Assembly (NCBI GenBank): GCA_038883775.1
Contig: JAVZLM010000001.1
Span: 128,001 to 192,000 of the forward strand
Length of the DNA: 64,000 nucleotides
Direction: 5' to 3'
Source of the DNA: Candidatus Bathyarchaeia archaeon
Lineage (GTDB): Archaea > Thermoproteota > Bathyarchaeia > Bathyarchaeales > Bathycorpusculaceae
In this document: positions 38,141-48,847 of the stretch, in pieces
How positions within the stretch are numbered: the first letter of the stretch is position 1
Layout of the letters: every line of letters begins with the position of its first letter
Made by a program: the position numbers and the translations under genes
Notes under the pieces: generated by a model
What the model saw: only the letters and a program-made list of their open reading frames with translations
Databases searched by the model: none
Told to the model about the DNA's origin: nothing

Positions 38141-40504
38141 ATGAAGAATAAAAAAGGAATAATGCTAGTTATGGCTTTAGTTGCTTTGACAAGTCTTATA
38201 CTTATGCCAGGTGTTTACGCAACGAATCCGCCACCAAATCCTTATGAACTTATAGTTGATAGACTTTCGGGTTATCTTGTTGCTACGCTAGACAGTCACA
38301 ACTCTTACGATGGACCGAGTGGTGAGTTGATTCAGAACGTTTATGATCCTTTGATTTACTGGGAGGGTGAACCTTACGATGTCTTCGTTCCTAAATTGGC
38401 TACGCAGGTTTGGATTGCTCCTCCCGACCCAACAGCACCCCCATACACAAACTTCACCATCTACTTCAAAATACGCGAAAACGTACTCTTCCACAACAAA
38501 TGTAGAACTGACTACCCGATGGACTGGTCAAACCTAGCTCCAATCTACCTAACACCGGAAGACGTGGAATACAGCTTTGAACGCTTGCTGGTACATGATT
38601 ACGCAAACGGTGCTCAATGGATGGTTTTTGAAGCAGTTTTAGGAGTTGAACAAGCAGATACTTCATGGCCGAGTAATGAGAGTAACCCCATTAACTTGGC
38701 CTTCGAAAGCAACGCAACCCACTTCTGGATGAACATCGCAAACAGGGGCTTTGCCCCATCCCAAGGAACAACATCTTTCACACCCATCCAACTGTTCGAC
38801 CAAACAGGCCGCCAAAGAGCCACATTCTGGCAAGAATTGAGTAATGCTAAATTATGTTATCCAATAGCGATAACGCTTCAAGTGATTGGAGAACCTTGGT
38901 TCCTAATTGTTAGTAAGCGTTGGACTCTTGAATGGCTCATCCCAACAGGCACCGCTCAAGGCCTGGACCTAAACGAAACCGCACCAGGAACACAAATCGA
39001 CTGGCCCGGAACATGGGACAATTGGATAGACTACGAAGGCTGGGCCGAAAGCCCCTACGACAAAATAGGCACAGAAAAACCAGGCGTGGTCTGCGGAACA
39101 GGCCCATACATCCTAGACAGGTACGACCCAACACTAACTGGAGGATATTCATTAGTGAAAAATGACAACTATTGGGGAGGGTGGCCAGCTAGTTATCCAA
39201 ATCCACCATACGTGCCTCAACCAGCCAGCGGGCTTAAACCAGCAGGCTATGTAACACGAGTAACGGTTAGACAGCAGACGTTAACGAACTTGATATCTAA
39301 TATGATCGCTGGAGATTGTGACCTTACGTTTCCTCCAAGTCCTAATATGGGTCAGCTTCATGTTGGTAATGACCGGAATGCTGAGACACTTCCTGGTATA
39401 AGGCTTGACTATCCATGCTTCCTCTTTAGTATGGGTTCTTTGCATCCGACTTTTGACATTACCCCAACACCTGACAACAGATATGGCAAAATAAACGATT
39501 ACGGCGTTTACACCTCCGACGGAATACCAAGAGATTTCTTCAACGACACCCACATCCGCAAAGCCTTCTTCTACCTCGTAAATCACTCCGTACTCATCGA
39601 CGAATACTTCTTAGGCGAAGCCTACCAACCTAACACCATAGTACCCATGGGCCTCAAATACCAAAACCCAGACCAAGAAGGCTACAAACTAAATATAACC
39701 CGCGCCGTAGAAGAATTTAACCAAGCCAACCCAGCCGTAAGAGAAACCGGCTTCACTGTAACCCTAATCTACGCCTTAGCCCTAGAAGAAGGAAGAGTCA
39801 TATTAGAAGATCTAGCAGCAAGAATCAACCAAATAGGGCAAGACTACTTCAACGGAAAATTCCACGCAACTGTTATGGGCATATCATGGACTGAGTTCTT
39901 CCCCGCTTGGGTTAACCTTTGGTTGCCGTTCTGGCATATGACTTGGGGAGCGGACTACGCTGATATACACAATTTCGCTCAACCCTTCATGCACAGTAGA
40001 GGAGTCTATCCAATGTTCCAAGGATATCATAATGACTACTTGGATAGCCTAGTTGAAGCCGGAATAACGGCGCCTGAGGGTCCAGAAAGGCAAGCCATAT
40101 ACTACGAGGCGCAGAGAATATACTTCGAAGAAGCCATTGGCCTCCCACTTGACGTTCCAGTCTTTAGGCGATATTTGAGAGAATGGGTTGCTGGAAGATA
40201 TTACAACGCACTTTACCAAGGCATGGTTTATGCTTATAACTTGTGGAAGTGGGAGTACATCCGCGGCAATGTCAATTGCGACGACAAAGTCTTCATGGAT
40301 GACATCCTCGCCATTATCGACGCCTTCGGCTCCTACTACGGCAAGGCAGGATTACCAAAGTTTCACCAAAGATGGAACTTCCGCTGTGACATACCAGGCA
40401 ACCCGAGAGAAACATGGACTGACAGAAAAATTGATATGTACGATATAACAGCAGCCCTAGACAACTTCGGAAAAACCCAAACACCATGGCAACCACCACC
40501 CTAA
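38141..40504 (+). CDS. ABC peptide substrate-binding protein (family 5) with C-terminal dockerin-like domain
   Basis: Signal peptide, VPKLA, LTPEDVEYSFER, GTGPY, IRKAF, WGADYAD, PERQAIY; tail GNVNCDDKV..DDI...DRKIDMYDI. Confidence 0.9.
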   Translation: MKNKKGIMLVMALVALTSLILMPGVYATNPPPNPYELIVDRLSGYLVATLDSHNSYDGPSGELIQNVYDPLIYWEGEPYDVFVPKLATQVWIAPPDPTAPPYTNFTIYFKIRENVLFHNKCRTDYPMDWSNLAPIYLTPEDVEYSFERLLVHDYANGAQWMVFEAVLGVEQADTSWPSNESNPINLAFESNATHFWMNIANRGFAPSQGTTSFTPIQLFDQTGRQRATFWQELSNAKLCYPIAITLQVIGEPWFLIVSKRWTLEWLIPTGTAQGLDLNETAPGTQIDWPGTWDNWIDYEGWAESPYDKIGTEKPGVVCGTGPYILDRYDPTLTGGYSLVKNDNYWGGWPASYPNPPYVPQPASGLKPAGYVTRVTVRQQTLTNLISNMIAGDCDLTFPPSPNMGQLHVGNDRNAETLPGIRLDYPCFLFSMGSLHPTFDITPTPDNRYGKINDYGVYTSDGIPRDFFNDTHIRKAFFYLVNHSVLIDEYFLGEAYQPNTIVPMGLKYQNPDQEGYKLNITRAVEEFNQANPAVRETGFTVTLIYALALEEGRVILEDLAARINQIGQDYFNGKFHATVMGISWTEFFPAWVNLWLPFWHMTWGADYADIHNFAQPFMHSRGVYPMFQGYHNDYLDSLVEAGITAPEGPERQAIYYEAQRIYFEEAIGLPLDVPVFRRYLREWVAGRYYNALYQGMVYAYNLWKWEYIRGNVNCDDKVFMDDILAIIDAFGSYYGKAGLPKFHQRWNFRCDIPGNPRETWTDRKIDMYDITAALDNFGKTQTPWQPPP

Positions 40505-40605
40505 CAATACGAACAAAACCCATTATTTCTCTATCCATTTCTGTTCTTTTTATAATATTTTTATAGTAAATACCTAAAAAATAAGCAATAAGTAACGTTA
40601 AAATG

Positions 40606-41670
40606 CTAAAGTTTTTTAAGAGTCTTAGTTAAAATTTCAACATGATCGCCCACATACACATCATCTTCTATTCTGACTCCTCCTAAATCAGGAATGTATA
40701 TTCCCGGTTCCACTGTAAACACATATCCCCTCTTCACTTTCTCTGTTGTGGTCATACTAACAATCGGTTCATCATGCCCCAATCCAAGTCCATGACCAAT
40801 GCAGTGGGTGAAGTATTCATCGTAACCATACTCTTTAAAAAGCGACCGGCATCTCTCTTCAACTAGCCTTAAATCTTGCCCAATCTTTATCGCTTTTATA
40901 GCTTCTTCTTGCCCCTCTACTACAATGTCAAGAATCTCTAAAAGCTTCTCTGAAACATTGCCCACCGGATATGTTCTGGTCAAATCAGAGAAGTACCCCT
41001 CGTAGACTGCTCCAAAATCACAAATCACAAGCTCTCCCTCCGAGAGTTTCTTGTTTGTAGGTATATGATGGGGAAACGCGGAATTTTTTCCAGCTGCTAT
41101 TATAGTCGGAAAACTCATCAGTTGAGCTCCCTTAGATCGCACAACCCGATCAATTTCAATTGCTATTTCAGCTTCAGTCTTTCCCTCCCTTAGAATCTCC
41201 TCTACAAGGATCTTAGCGCCGTAGTCAACCAACTCTGCAGCTTTCCTAAGCTTTTCCACCTCATCTGGCTGTTTGCAGGCTCTCATCTCTCGAATGAAAT
41301 CATCCTTTTCCACCCTTATACCACTAATCTTATACTCCTCATCGCAAAGAATGCTCTTTACATTGAGGTTCATAAGAAGCTTTTTAACCATTTCATTCTC
41401 AACTTTTGGATTAGGTGCAACATCTGGGTAAAATCTCACATCCTTAATTGCACAGTGTTCTTTCACCCTGTTCTTTTCAAGAGGATATGCCAAGCCCACA
41501 GGATCGCCATCCGCTGGGATAATAACATGATTCAACAACGTATAGAAGGGCAGGTGAGTGGAAGAGAGGTAACGAATGTTTTCTGGCTGTTTAACAAGGA
41601 ATGCATCAAATTCTCTTTCAACGAGCATCTCCCGAATTGTAGACCATCGCCTTTCGTAGTAGTTTAGCAT
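40606..41670 (-). CDS. Xaa-Pro peptidase (M24B)
   Basis: PHH, D.GA...GYFSDLTRT, H.IGHGLG, TVEPGIY, GVRIEDD. Confidence 0.94.
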   Translation of the reverse strand: MLNYYERRWSTIREMLVEREFDAFLVKQPENIRYLSSTHLPFYTLLNHVIIPADGDPVGLAYPLEKNRVKEHCAIKDVRFYPDVAPNPKVENEMVKKLLMNLNVKSILCDEEYKISGIRVEKDDFIREMRACKQPDEVEKLRKAAELVDYGAKILVEEILREGKTEAEIAIEIDRVVRSKGAQLMSFPTIIAAGKNSAFPHHIPTNKKLSEGELVICDFGAVYEGYFSDLTRTYPVGNVSEKLLEILDIVVEGQEEAIKAIKIGQDLRLVEERCRSLFKEYGYDEYFTHCIGHGLGLGHDEPIVSMTTTEKVKRGYVFTVEPGIYIPDLGGVRIEDDVYVGDHVEILTKTLKKL

Positions 41671-41886
41671 TTTTCTTCACTTCGGCAAAGAAATCTATCG
41701 TATAATGTTATATGTTTTTCGGGAGTCCTTCGGCTCTGATAAAACATTATTAGTACAACATCTTCTTCAATTGGCTATAACTTTAGTCTTAATAGTATAG
41801 AGATTTTTGATTTTAGAAACTGTTAAATATACTTAATAAACTACTTACATTGTTTTAGATTAAGAAATTTAGTAGAGGGAAGAGAA

Positions 41887-44259
41887 ATGGTTCAGAAAAA
41901 TCTTATGTCAGCGGTTTTTCTCGTTATCTTAATATCGCTTATAGTTATCCCAAACAATACTTCTGCAGCTCCTAATCTATCTAATCCGCCGAAAAATCCA
42001 TATGAGCTTATCATAGACGTACCATTAGGCGCTGGAGGTGATAGTGTTGATCCTGCTATGGGAAATGTATTCGTTCCATGGCACGTATGTGAAGTCCCTA
42101 TAGGTTTTGACGGCGAACGTTACGATGTCTTTATTCCTTTAGCGGCCACTCAAGCTTGGATAGGTCCGCCACAAAATAACCCGACTTATGGTCCCCTGTC
42201 TCCACCTTATACAAATTATACAATATACTTCAAAATACGCACAGGCATACCTTTCCACAACAGATGTAGAACTGATGAGCCATTCAATTTTAATCAGTAT
42301 TACTTAACAACCATTGATGTGGAATACAGCATTGAAAGAGTGTTGGTGCACGACTTTTTAGCTTCGTGGACAACTGTTTATTTATATGAACCTTTGCTGG
42401 ACTGTCAAACTGGAGACCCTACAGATCCAAATTTTGGAACGAAGATAGATAACGCAGCTCAGAGCAATGAAACACATGTTTGGCTAAATATTGCAAATCC
42501 AGGCTTGAGTGAAGGTGGATCCGTTTCATTTGCTCCAGTCAAAATGTTTGAAACCGAAGATGGACGTTTTAGCGCAACATTTTGGGATGAAATTGCGCAT
42601 CTCCCTCTAGGATATCCTGTCAGAATAATTCTACAAGTAATTGCTGAGACATGGGTAGGCATCATAAGCAAACAATGGGTGCTCGACTTTGTGATTCCAT
42701 GGGGTGTCACTAACAACATAGATTTGAACCCCGATGTGGAGGGAATACAGTTTGAATGGGATGGAGATTTCACTCATTGGGCTGACTACTGGCGTTGGGG
42801 AGAAAGCCCGCTTGATAAAATAGGTACCTTACACCCGGGTGTAATCATCGGGACAGGTCCATATATACTGGACCGATGGGATGCAACGCCTGCGGGAGAA
42901 GTGTCGCTTGTTAGGTTTGATGAGTATTGGGGAGGATGGCCAGCAAGATTGCCGAGTCCACCCTATTCGCCGCAACCAAGCAGTGGCATAAAACCAGCAG
43001 GTTACGTAACAAGAGTAACTATGAAGCGTAAGACTGAAGCCAGCATCATAGCTGATCTTTTATCTGGAGACTGCGACCTTGCACCCGAAATCTCAAGAGG
43101 AAGTTGCGTATCACTGCATGAAGATTATGACCTAAAAGGTCCAACACGCCCAGGGATTAGACTCCACTTCTATCCTTTCTTGGAGGTCATGTCATACCAT
43201 TTTACATTTATCATTCAACCTACGTTGGACAATAGATGGGGAAAAGTTATCGCAAATAACACGTTCAGCGATGATGCCATACCTGCAAATTTCTTCAACG
43301 ACTCCCATGTACGCAAAGCATTTGCCTATCTCATAAATTACACCATGATAATCCAAGACATGTTATTCGGCGAAGCATACCAGCCTGTTACATGCGCACC
43401 ATCTGGCATACCCTACGTCAATCTCACTCAGCCGCACTACACACAGAACATAACTAAAGCTATCGAAGAGTTCAACTTAGCCTTTGATGGGCAACTTGCA
43501 GAAACAGGCTTCACTATCAAACTGTATTATTTAGCCTTCGATATATGGCCTGCCATCACCGAAGATCTCGCAGCAACTATAAACAAGGTGGGAAATGAAT
43601 ATTTTAATGGCAAATTCCACGCTGAGTCACATGAAATCTCTTCAGCTGAATTTTACACAGCACTATTCGAACATCAGCTTGCAGCTTATCCGATGGGTTG
43701 GATTGGGGACTATGCGGATATACATAACTTTATAGTCTGTTACATGGGCAGCAGTGGTTATTGGGCTTATGCTTCAGTTTATAGCAACCCGGAGGCAGAT
43801 CAATTAATACAAAAAGGAATGAGAACGCCTGACGGCCCTGAAAGACAAGCGATCTACCAAAGACTACAGGAGATATACTATGAAGATGTTCCTAGTGTAC
43901 CAACCCATGTTGAGGTGAGAAGATGGTACGCAAGAACGTGGGTTCAAGGAAATCAGCCAACCCATCCACTTTATACTACTACTTTTGGATATGCCCATTG
44001 GAAATGGGAGTATCTTCGGGGCAATGTGAACTATGACGACAAAGTCTTCATGGATGACATCCTCGCCATTATCGACGCCTTCGGCTCCTACTACGGCAAG
44101 GCGAATATACCAATAATGCACCCAAGATGGAACTTTCACTGCGACGTTGACGGAAATCCCTTTGACTCGTGGCGTGACAGAAAAATTGATATGTACGATA
44201 TAACAGCAGCCCTAGACAACTTCGGAAAAACCCAAACACCATGGCAACCACCACCCTAA
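41887..44259 (+). CDS. Second ABC peptide substrate-binding protein (family 5) with C-terminal dockerin-like domain
   Basis: Paralog of 38141-40504; DVEYSIER, GTGPY, VRKAF, GWIGDYAD; near-identical dockerin-like tail. Confidence 0.9.
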   Translation: MVQKNLMSAVFLVILISLIVIPNNTSAAPNLSNPPKNPYELIIDVPLGAGGDSVDPAMGNVFVPWHVCEVPIGFDGERYDVFIPLAATQAWIGPPQNNPTYGPLSPPYTNYTIYFKIRTGIPFHNRCRTDEPFNFNQYYLTTIDVEYSIERVLVHDFLASWTTVYLYEPLLDCQTGDPTDPNFGTKIDNAAQSNETHVWLNIANPGLSEGGSVSFAPVKMFETEDGRFSATFWDEIAHLPLGYPVRIILQVIAETWVGIISKQWVLDFVIPWGVTNNIDLNPDVEGIQFEWDGDFTHWADYWRWGESPLDKIGTLHPGVIIGTGPYILDRWDATPAGEVSLVRFDEYWGGWPARLPSPPYSPQPSSGIKPAGYVTRVTMKRKTEASIIADLLSGDCDLAPEISRGSCVSLHEDYDLKGPTRPGIRLHFYPFLEVMSYHFTFIIQPTLDNRWGKVIANNTFSDDAIPANFFNDSHVRKAFAYLINYTMIIQDMLFGEAYQPVTCAPSGIPYVNLTQPHYTQNITKAIEEFNLAFDGQLAETGFTIKLYYLAFDIWPAITEDLAATINKVGNEYFNGKFHAESHEISSAEFYTALFEHQLAAYPMGWIGDYADIHNFIVCYMGSSGYWAYASVYSNPEADQLIQKGMRTPDGPERQAIYQRLQEIYYEDVPSVPTHVEVRRWYARTWVQGNQPTHPLYTTTFGYAHWKWEYLRGNVNYDDKVFMDDILAIIDAFGSYYGKANIPIMHPRWNFHCDVDGNPFDSWRDRKIDMYDITAALDNFGKTQTPWQPPP

Positions 44260-44405
44260 CAATACGAACAAAACTCATCATCCTCATTTCTTATCTTTTA
44301 AAGGACTAATTCGAAATTGACCACAATCAAAGCCTCCGACAAAGTTATAAATTAGATGTTCTTTGCTACCTTAAAGAAACGGGCACTAAAAGAAGTGAGC
44401 ATCAA

Positions 44406-45440
44406 TTGGGTTTGCGAGAATATATCATAAGAAGAATCATTTTGCTAATACCTGTAGTCTTTGGAGCAGTTATACTTGTTTTCGCTATCACACAGATGAT
44501 TCCGCCTGCTTCGAGGGCATACCTTTACATAAGGTCAGAAAAAGATATTCAAAAAATATCAGAATTCATAAAAGCTTACCATCTAGACGCTTCTCCTCTG
44601 GAGCAGTTCTATTACTGGTTCCAAGAAGTTTTAAAAGGGAATTTAGGCTGGTCAACAGAGGGAAGAGCCCCTGTTTTAAGCGTGATCAGGACCTCTTGGC
44701 CTGCTACAATTGAAATAGTGCTTTTTTCAGCTCCAATAACAATACTTTTGGGTATATACCTAGGAGTGCTATCTGCTGTCCATCGTGATAAACTAGTTGA
44801 CCATGCCACACGCTTATTTTCAATAACCGGCTACTCCCTTCCAGCTTTTTGGCTAGCACTCATATTACTTTCGATTGCATTTTCCTTAACGGGAGAAAAC
44901 ATAACAGGTAGAGTTTCTCCAGAACTCCAGAATGTCGTGACAAACTCGCTCATATTTAAAACCTATACTGGTCTATACACAATTGATGGAATATTAAACG
45001 GAAGGTTAGACGTAACTATTGATGCACTTAAACATTTGATCCTACCCGTTATTACGATAACCACGGTTAACGTCGCAGGCCTAATTAGACTCATGCGATC
45101 CAGCATGCTTGAGGCCCTTACAAAAGGCTATATAGTCACAGCTAAGGCTAAAGGTCTAAAAAATAGTCAAGTAATAAACAAACATGCCAGAAGGAACGCC
45201 TTAATACCAGTAGTTACGATGTCGGGAATGTTAGTCATCTGGATGCTCTCAGGTTTGGTTATAACTGAAACTATTTTTAATTTTGGTGGCTTGGGAAGTT
45301 GGGCGGCAAGATGTGCATTACGATTAGATATAGCATCAGTAGTTGGTTTCACACTTTTTACGGCATTACTTTTCGTTATTTCAAACTTAGTAATTGACAT
45401 TTTGTACGCCTACATTGATCCGAGAATAAGGCTGGGATGA
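44406..45440 (+). CDS. dppB: Oligo/dipeptide ABC permease DppB/OppB
   Basis: YIIRR, GNLGWS, SLPAFWL, RLMRSSMLE....Y..TAKAKGL (EAA), YAYIDPRI. Confidence 0.93.
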   Translation: MGLREYIIRRIILLIPVVFGAVILVFAITQMIPPASRAYLYIRSEKDIQKISEFIKAYHLDASPLEQFYYWFQEVLKGNLGWSTEGRAPVLSVIRTSWPATIEIVLFSAPITILLGIYLGVLSAVHRDKLVDHATRLFSITGYSLPAFWLALILLSIAFSLTGENITGRVSPELQNVVTNSLIFKTYTGLYTIDGILNGRLDVTIDALKHLILPVITITTVNVAGLIRLMRSSMLEALTKGYIVTAKAKGLKNSQVINKHARRNALIPVVTMSGMLVIWMLSGLVITETIFNFGGLGSWAARCALRLDIASVVGFTLFTALLFVISNLVIDILYAYIDPRIRLG

Positions 45441-45441
45441 T

Positions 45442-46620
45442 ATGCGTTCAAAAAAATTCAAATTAAAATTCTATGAATGGAAAAAGGCTAATGAGCCAAC
45501 AATAAAAGAATTCAAATTTATGTTGAGCAATATTAGAAAAAGTCCGTTGTCAATTATTGGCATGTTCATTATTTTATTTTATGTGCTTGTTGCATTATCA
45601 GCACCCTATCTTGCTCCCCCGTATCCATCATGGGACGTGGCGAAAATAAATGATCCCTTCGCTATTCCGCGTGCTGGTAGCAAATTTCTTCCTTCACCAC
45701 CCACTCCAGAACATCCATTTGGGCTAACAATCGATCAATATGATATATACTATGGATGTATATGGGGGAGCATAACCGCCTTCCGTGTAGGAGTCTACGT
45801 TGTGGCAATATCTTTATTGATAGGCCTGACTTTAGGATTAGTTGCTGGCTATTATGGAGGTTTAGTGGACGAAATTTTAATGCGGTTCACAGACATCATT
45901 ATGGCATTTCCAGGTTTGATACTGGCTATGACGTTTACCATAGCATTACCCGGAACGTTAACAATTCCTCTGACAGTCATTTTAATATTATTGACAGTTT
46001 TTTTCTTAATTTTAACTACAAGGAATCTTTCAAGCATCGAAAGAAGAGAAATTTTAAAAACGAGAACTTTCACAATTCCAATTAGTGTAACCTTAGCGTT
46101 AATGGCCGTTGTAGCCGCAATATTTTTTGGATACATCTCTGATGTGGGAATTTTAAACATACCTTTAACACGACTTGATAAAGTTTTAATATCACTAATT
46201 CTTGTCGGATGGCCCGGATACGCGAGGCTGATAAGAGGAGAAGTTCTCCGTACAAAAAACGAAGATTATGTGGAAGCTGCTAAGGCCATTGGATGCAGCG
46301 ACTTACGGATAATTCTGAGGCATATTGTTCCTAACACGATCTATCCTATAATCATCTTGGGGTCACTAGACATAGGCTCGATTGTTCTCTCCGCGGCTGC
46401 GTTAAGTTTCCTAGGCATAGGCGCAGAGAAAAATTTCGCAGACTGGGGACAACTAGTTCAAAAATCACAGCAAATTATGACAGCAGGCGCGCAGAGTTTG
46501 CTTTTTTACTGGTACATATGGTTAATTCCAGGAGCGTTCATCTTTATATTTGGTTTGGGATGGAACCTTCTTGGAGACGCACTTAGAGACATTTTGGATC
46601 CAACATTGAGAAGGCGATAG
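45442..46620 (+). CDS. dppC: Oligo/dipeptide ABC permease DppC/OppC with two-TM insertion
   Basis: HPFG, AGYYGG.VDE.LMR, WPGYARLIRG, YVEAAKAIG, LGDALRD.LDP. Confidence 0.93.
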   Translation: MRSKKFKLKFYEWKKANEPTIKEFKFMLSNIRKSPLSIIGMFIILFYVLVALSAPYLAPPYPSWDVAKINDPFAIPRAGSKFLPSPPTPEHPFGLTIDQYDIYYGCIWGSITAFRVGVYVVAISLLIGLTLGLVAGYYGGLVDEILMRFTDIIMAFPGLILAMTFTIALPGTLTIPLTVILILLTVFFLILTTRNLSSIERREILKTRTFTIPISVTLALMAVVAAIFFGYISDVGILNIPLTRLDKVLISLILVGWPGYARLIRGEVLRTKNEDYVEAAKAIGCSDLRIILRHIVPNTIYPIIILGSLDIGSIVLSAAALSFLGIGAEKNFADWGQLVQKSQQIMTAGAQSLLFYWYIWLIPGAFIFIFGLGWNLLGDALRDILDPTLRRR

Positions 46621-46622
46621 AA

Positions 46623-47747
46623 TTGCAAAGTGATAGCCTAATAAAAGTTGAAGGTTTAGTATTAAGATTTTACACTTACGAAGGCATAGTTGAAGCGTTA
46701 GACAACGTGAACTTACAGATAAAACCTGGCGAAATACTTGGGCTTGTTGGCGAAACTGGATGTGGAAAGAGCGTTACAAGTCTTTCAATACTTAACATAG
46801 TCCCTCCACCGGGAGTAATTGAAGGTGGAAAAATAATCATAAACACAGATGGAAAAGAAATAGATCTTTTAAAACAGAAAGAAGATTTTTTGAGGAAAGT
46901 TCGTGGCAACGATATATCCATGGTTTTTCAGGAGCCAAAGGCGTACCTTAACCCGGTCTATACTGTGGCAGATCAAATTGGAGAAGTTTTAATCGAACAT
47001 AGAAAAAAGGAATTTATCGATCGTGTACTTGAAGAGCTTAAACAAAAGAATGAAAGTTTTTATTTACGCCTATATACGAAAATGGCTAAAAATCCGAACG
47101 CTTTGTCCATTAAGGTTCTTTCTAAAATACCATTGATCAGAAGATTCGAAAACCCACTTAAAAGTGAAATCAGAAAGGAAGTAATCAAAATCCTTAGAAG
47201 TTTGGAGATCGCCGACCCTGAAAGGGTTGCTGATATGTATCCACATGAACTAAGCGGTGGAATGGCGCAAAGAGTTGTGATCGCAATGGCCCTTGCATGC
47301 AACCCCAAGCTTCTGATATGCGATGAACCTACCACAAATTTGGACGTAACTGTGCAGGCTCAAATATTGGAGCTCATAAGAATTTTAAGGCAAAACTTCA
47401 AATCCTCAATACTTTATATTACGCACGATTTGGGAGTCATCGCCGAACTTTGTGAACGGGTAGCAGTAATGTACGCCGGGAATGTTGTTGAAATTGCTGA
47501 AGTTATAGAGATTTTCAAGAAACCTTTACACCCGTATACTCAAGCATTGCTTGAGTCAATTCCAAGACCGGGAAAAAAATTTAAATCAATTCCTGGGATG
47601 GTGCCGAGTCTAATTAACCCTCCGAAAGCATGTCGATTTTATGATAGATGCTATTACACAATGGATATATGCCAAAAGATTAAACCTAAACTCATAGAAG
47701 TTACAAAAAATCATTTCGTTGCTTGCCATATGTATGGAGAAAAATAG
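46623..47747 (+). CDS. dppD: Oligo/dipeptide ABC ATPase DppD/OppD
   Basis: GETGCGKS, YPHELSGGMAQR, DEPTT, HPYT, C-terminal CRF..RC...C...VACH. Confidence 0.94.
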   Translation: MQSDSLIKVEGLVLRFYTYEGIVEALDNVNLQIKPGEILGLVGETGCGKSVTSLSILNIVPPPGVIEGGKIIINTDGKEIDLLKQKEDFLRKVRGNDISMVFQEPKAYLNPVYTVADQIGEVLIEHRKKEFIDRVLEELKQKNESFYLRLYTKMAKNPNALSIKVLSKIPLIRRFENPLKSEIRKEVIKILRSLEIADPERVADMYPHELSGGMAQRVVIAMALACNPKLLICDEPTTNLDVTVQAQILELIRILRQNFKSSILYITHDLGVIAELCERVAVMYAGNVVEIAEVIEIFKKPLHPYTQALLESIPRPGKKFKSIPGMVPSLINPPKACRFYDRCYYTMDICQKIKPKLIEVTKNHFVACHMYGEK

Positions 47748-48824
47748 ATGTACGAGCTAATACTTTACATAAAAGAACTAAAAAAATACTATCCAATACT
47801 CGGCGGAATCCTAAGGAAAAAAGTTGCAGAAGTCAAAGCAGTAGATAACGTAAGCTTTCAGATATTCAGAGGCGAGTGCTTAGGACTTGTTGGCGAGTCG
47901 GGATGTGGAAAAACTACATTGGGAAAAACAATAATAAGACTTCTTAATCCAACATCGGGTCACATATACTTTAGTATTCAAGATAACATATACAAAGAAG
48001 CTGAAAGCTCAGAACAAAGTTCAATAAACATGGAAGAATTACAAAAAATTGGAATCAGCCCAAGCCAAGTAAAGAACATGGCTGACATTTCAACGTTCAA
48101 GGGATTAAAGCTTAAAAAGCTTCGTAGAAGAATGCAAATAGTTTATCAAGATCCTACGACTTCCCTAAATCCAAGAATGCTTGTAAAGGATATAGTGGGC
48201 GAACCCTTAATCGTCCAAAAAATTGTTAAAAAATCTGAAGTTCTGCCTAAAGTTACTGAAATGTTACACAAAGTGGGAATGGGTGAACAGCACCTTTACA
48301 GATATCCACACGAATTTAGCGGGGGACAAAGACAACGAATTGCTATAGCAAGAGCACTCATTACGAACCCGGAATTTGTAGTCTTAGATGAACCAACATC
48401 TGCAGTTGACGTTTCTGTTAGAGCTCAATTGTTGGAACTATTTCAAGGACTACAGAAAAGCATGGGATTGACCTATCTCTTTGTAAGCCACGACTTGAGC
48501 GTTGTAGAATGCATAAGTCACAGAGTTGCCGTGATGTATCTTGGAAAAATAGTTGAGTTAGCTGAAACAGAGAAAATATTCAAGAATCCTTTGCATCCCT
48601 ATACTCAAGCACTTATGAATTCGATTCCAATACCTGACCCGACTAAACGCAGGATGCGAGCTATCCTAAGAGGAGAAGTTCCAAGCCCAATTAATCCTCC
48701 AATAGGCTGTAGATTTCATCCACGTTGTTCATTAGCGATGGATATATGTCGCAAAGAAGAACCATTGTTACAGGATGCCGGAAACCATCATATGGTAGCA
48801 TGTCATGCAATTAAAGGCAAATAA
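47748..48824 (+). CDS. dppF: Oligo/dipeptide ABC ATPase DppF/OppF
   Basis: GESGCGKTT, YPHEFSGGQRQR, DEPTSA, GEVPSP.NPP.GCRFHPRC. Confidence 0.94.
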   Translation: MYELILYIKELKKYYPILGGILRKKVAEVKAVDNVSFQIFRGECLGLVGESGCGKTTLGKTIIRLLNPTSGHIYFSIQDNIYKEAESSEQSSINMEELQKIGISPSQVKNMADISTFKGLKLKKLRRRMQIVYQDPTTSLNPRMLVKDIVGEPLIVQKIVKKSEVLPKVTEMLHKVGMGEQHLYRYPHEFSGGQRQRIAIARALITNPEFVVLDEPTSAVDVSVRAQLLELFQGLQKSMGLTYLFVSHDLSVVECISHRVAVMYLGKIVELAETEKIFKNPLHPYTQALMNSIPIPDPTKRRMRAILRGEVPSPINPPIGCRFHPRCSLAMDICRKEEPLLQDAGNHHMVACHAIKGK

Positions 48825-48847
48825 AAGCGAATGGGCGCATGCAATTT

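Noticed and set aside
40280-44274. SBP C-terminal repeats as a diversity-generating retroelement TR/VR pair
   Set aside because: No reverse transcriptase in the window, the blocks are identical, and linker differences are not adenine-specific
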